Source: Macrostomum lignano (Eukaryota). Taken from it: a stretch of DNA of 64,000 nt. The stretch covers positions 96,513 to 160,512 of the forward strand of contig NIVC01002134.1 of NCBI GenBank assembly GCA_002269645.1, given 5' to 3'. This document shows positions 63,545-64,000 of this stretch, piece after piece. The notes below the pieces were generated by a model. That model saw only the letters and a list, made by a program, of their open reading frames with translations, made no database searches and had not been told where the DNA came from. Position 1 is the stretch's first letter. Each line of letters starts with the position of its first letter. The position numbers were made by a program, and so were the translations under genes.

Positions 63545-64000
63545 GCCCCTTTTTTGGGCCATGGACAATGAAAGGTAAGTCTTCAATAGCTTGATTCTCC
63601 CAATATGGATTAAATTGGCTTGGAAAATGTTTTATCTGCGGTGGTGGGTTATTTCTTTAAAGAACTGCATAGGAAAAATTTTTAAGTTTGTTACTGCCGT
63701 TTTTAGTATATTGAATCATCAAAGGGGAACGTACATGTAGATTTTTTTAGAATGGCGTAGTAAATGTGAATGTACATGTACGAACGTATAGATATGTAAG
63801 CATTATAACAGAAATTAAAGTCTTTAGAAGTATTCCGCAACTAACCATCACGTCGATACAAGTACTTGTACGAGTAAAGATTAGAATTATCTCTTTCCTA
63901 TGCTCCGTGTGATTTACAAGTTAGAATTGATAACGCTCATTCTTTTACACAGTCTTCGGTACATGTATTTATTATACGATGCCTCTGGGACACAATTAGC

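Overview
Eukaryotic (metazoan) genomic DNA with spliceosomal GT-AG introns, GC-rich exons and introns filled with minisatellites. That style suggests a flatworm such as Macrostomum, but this is inference only. Genes I could assemble by hand: a Nup98-like FG/GLEBS nucleoporin (minus strand, with a downstream Nup96-like segment but no visible autoproteolytic domain); NEK10 kinase (9 exons, plus); a signal-peptide, two-domain (ependymin/LolA-like by pattern) single-pass membrane protein (26.1-39.3 kb); a PLAAT/HRASLS-like LRAT-domain gene; a fibrinogen-related protein; and two convergent PAN plus ALK/LTK-type glycine-rich genes. Mobile DNA: a full-length Gypsy LTR element, an apparently intact Chapaev-type (RAG1-like DDE) DNA transposon with 122-bp TIRs, a solo LTR plus a truncated sister copy, a 5'-truncated second Gypsy, several MITEs and tRNA-derived SINEs including a CORE-like SINE. 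Several single-base frame breaks at homopolymers suggest residual assembly errors, so frameshift-based claims are provisional. There is no CRISPR array and no rRNA or intact tRNA gene.
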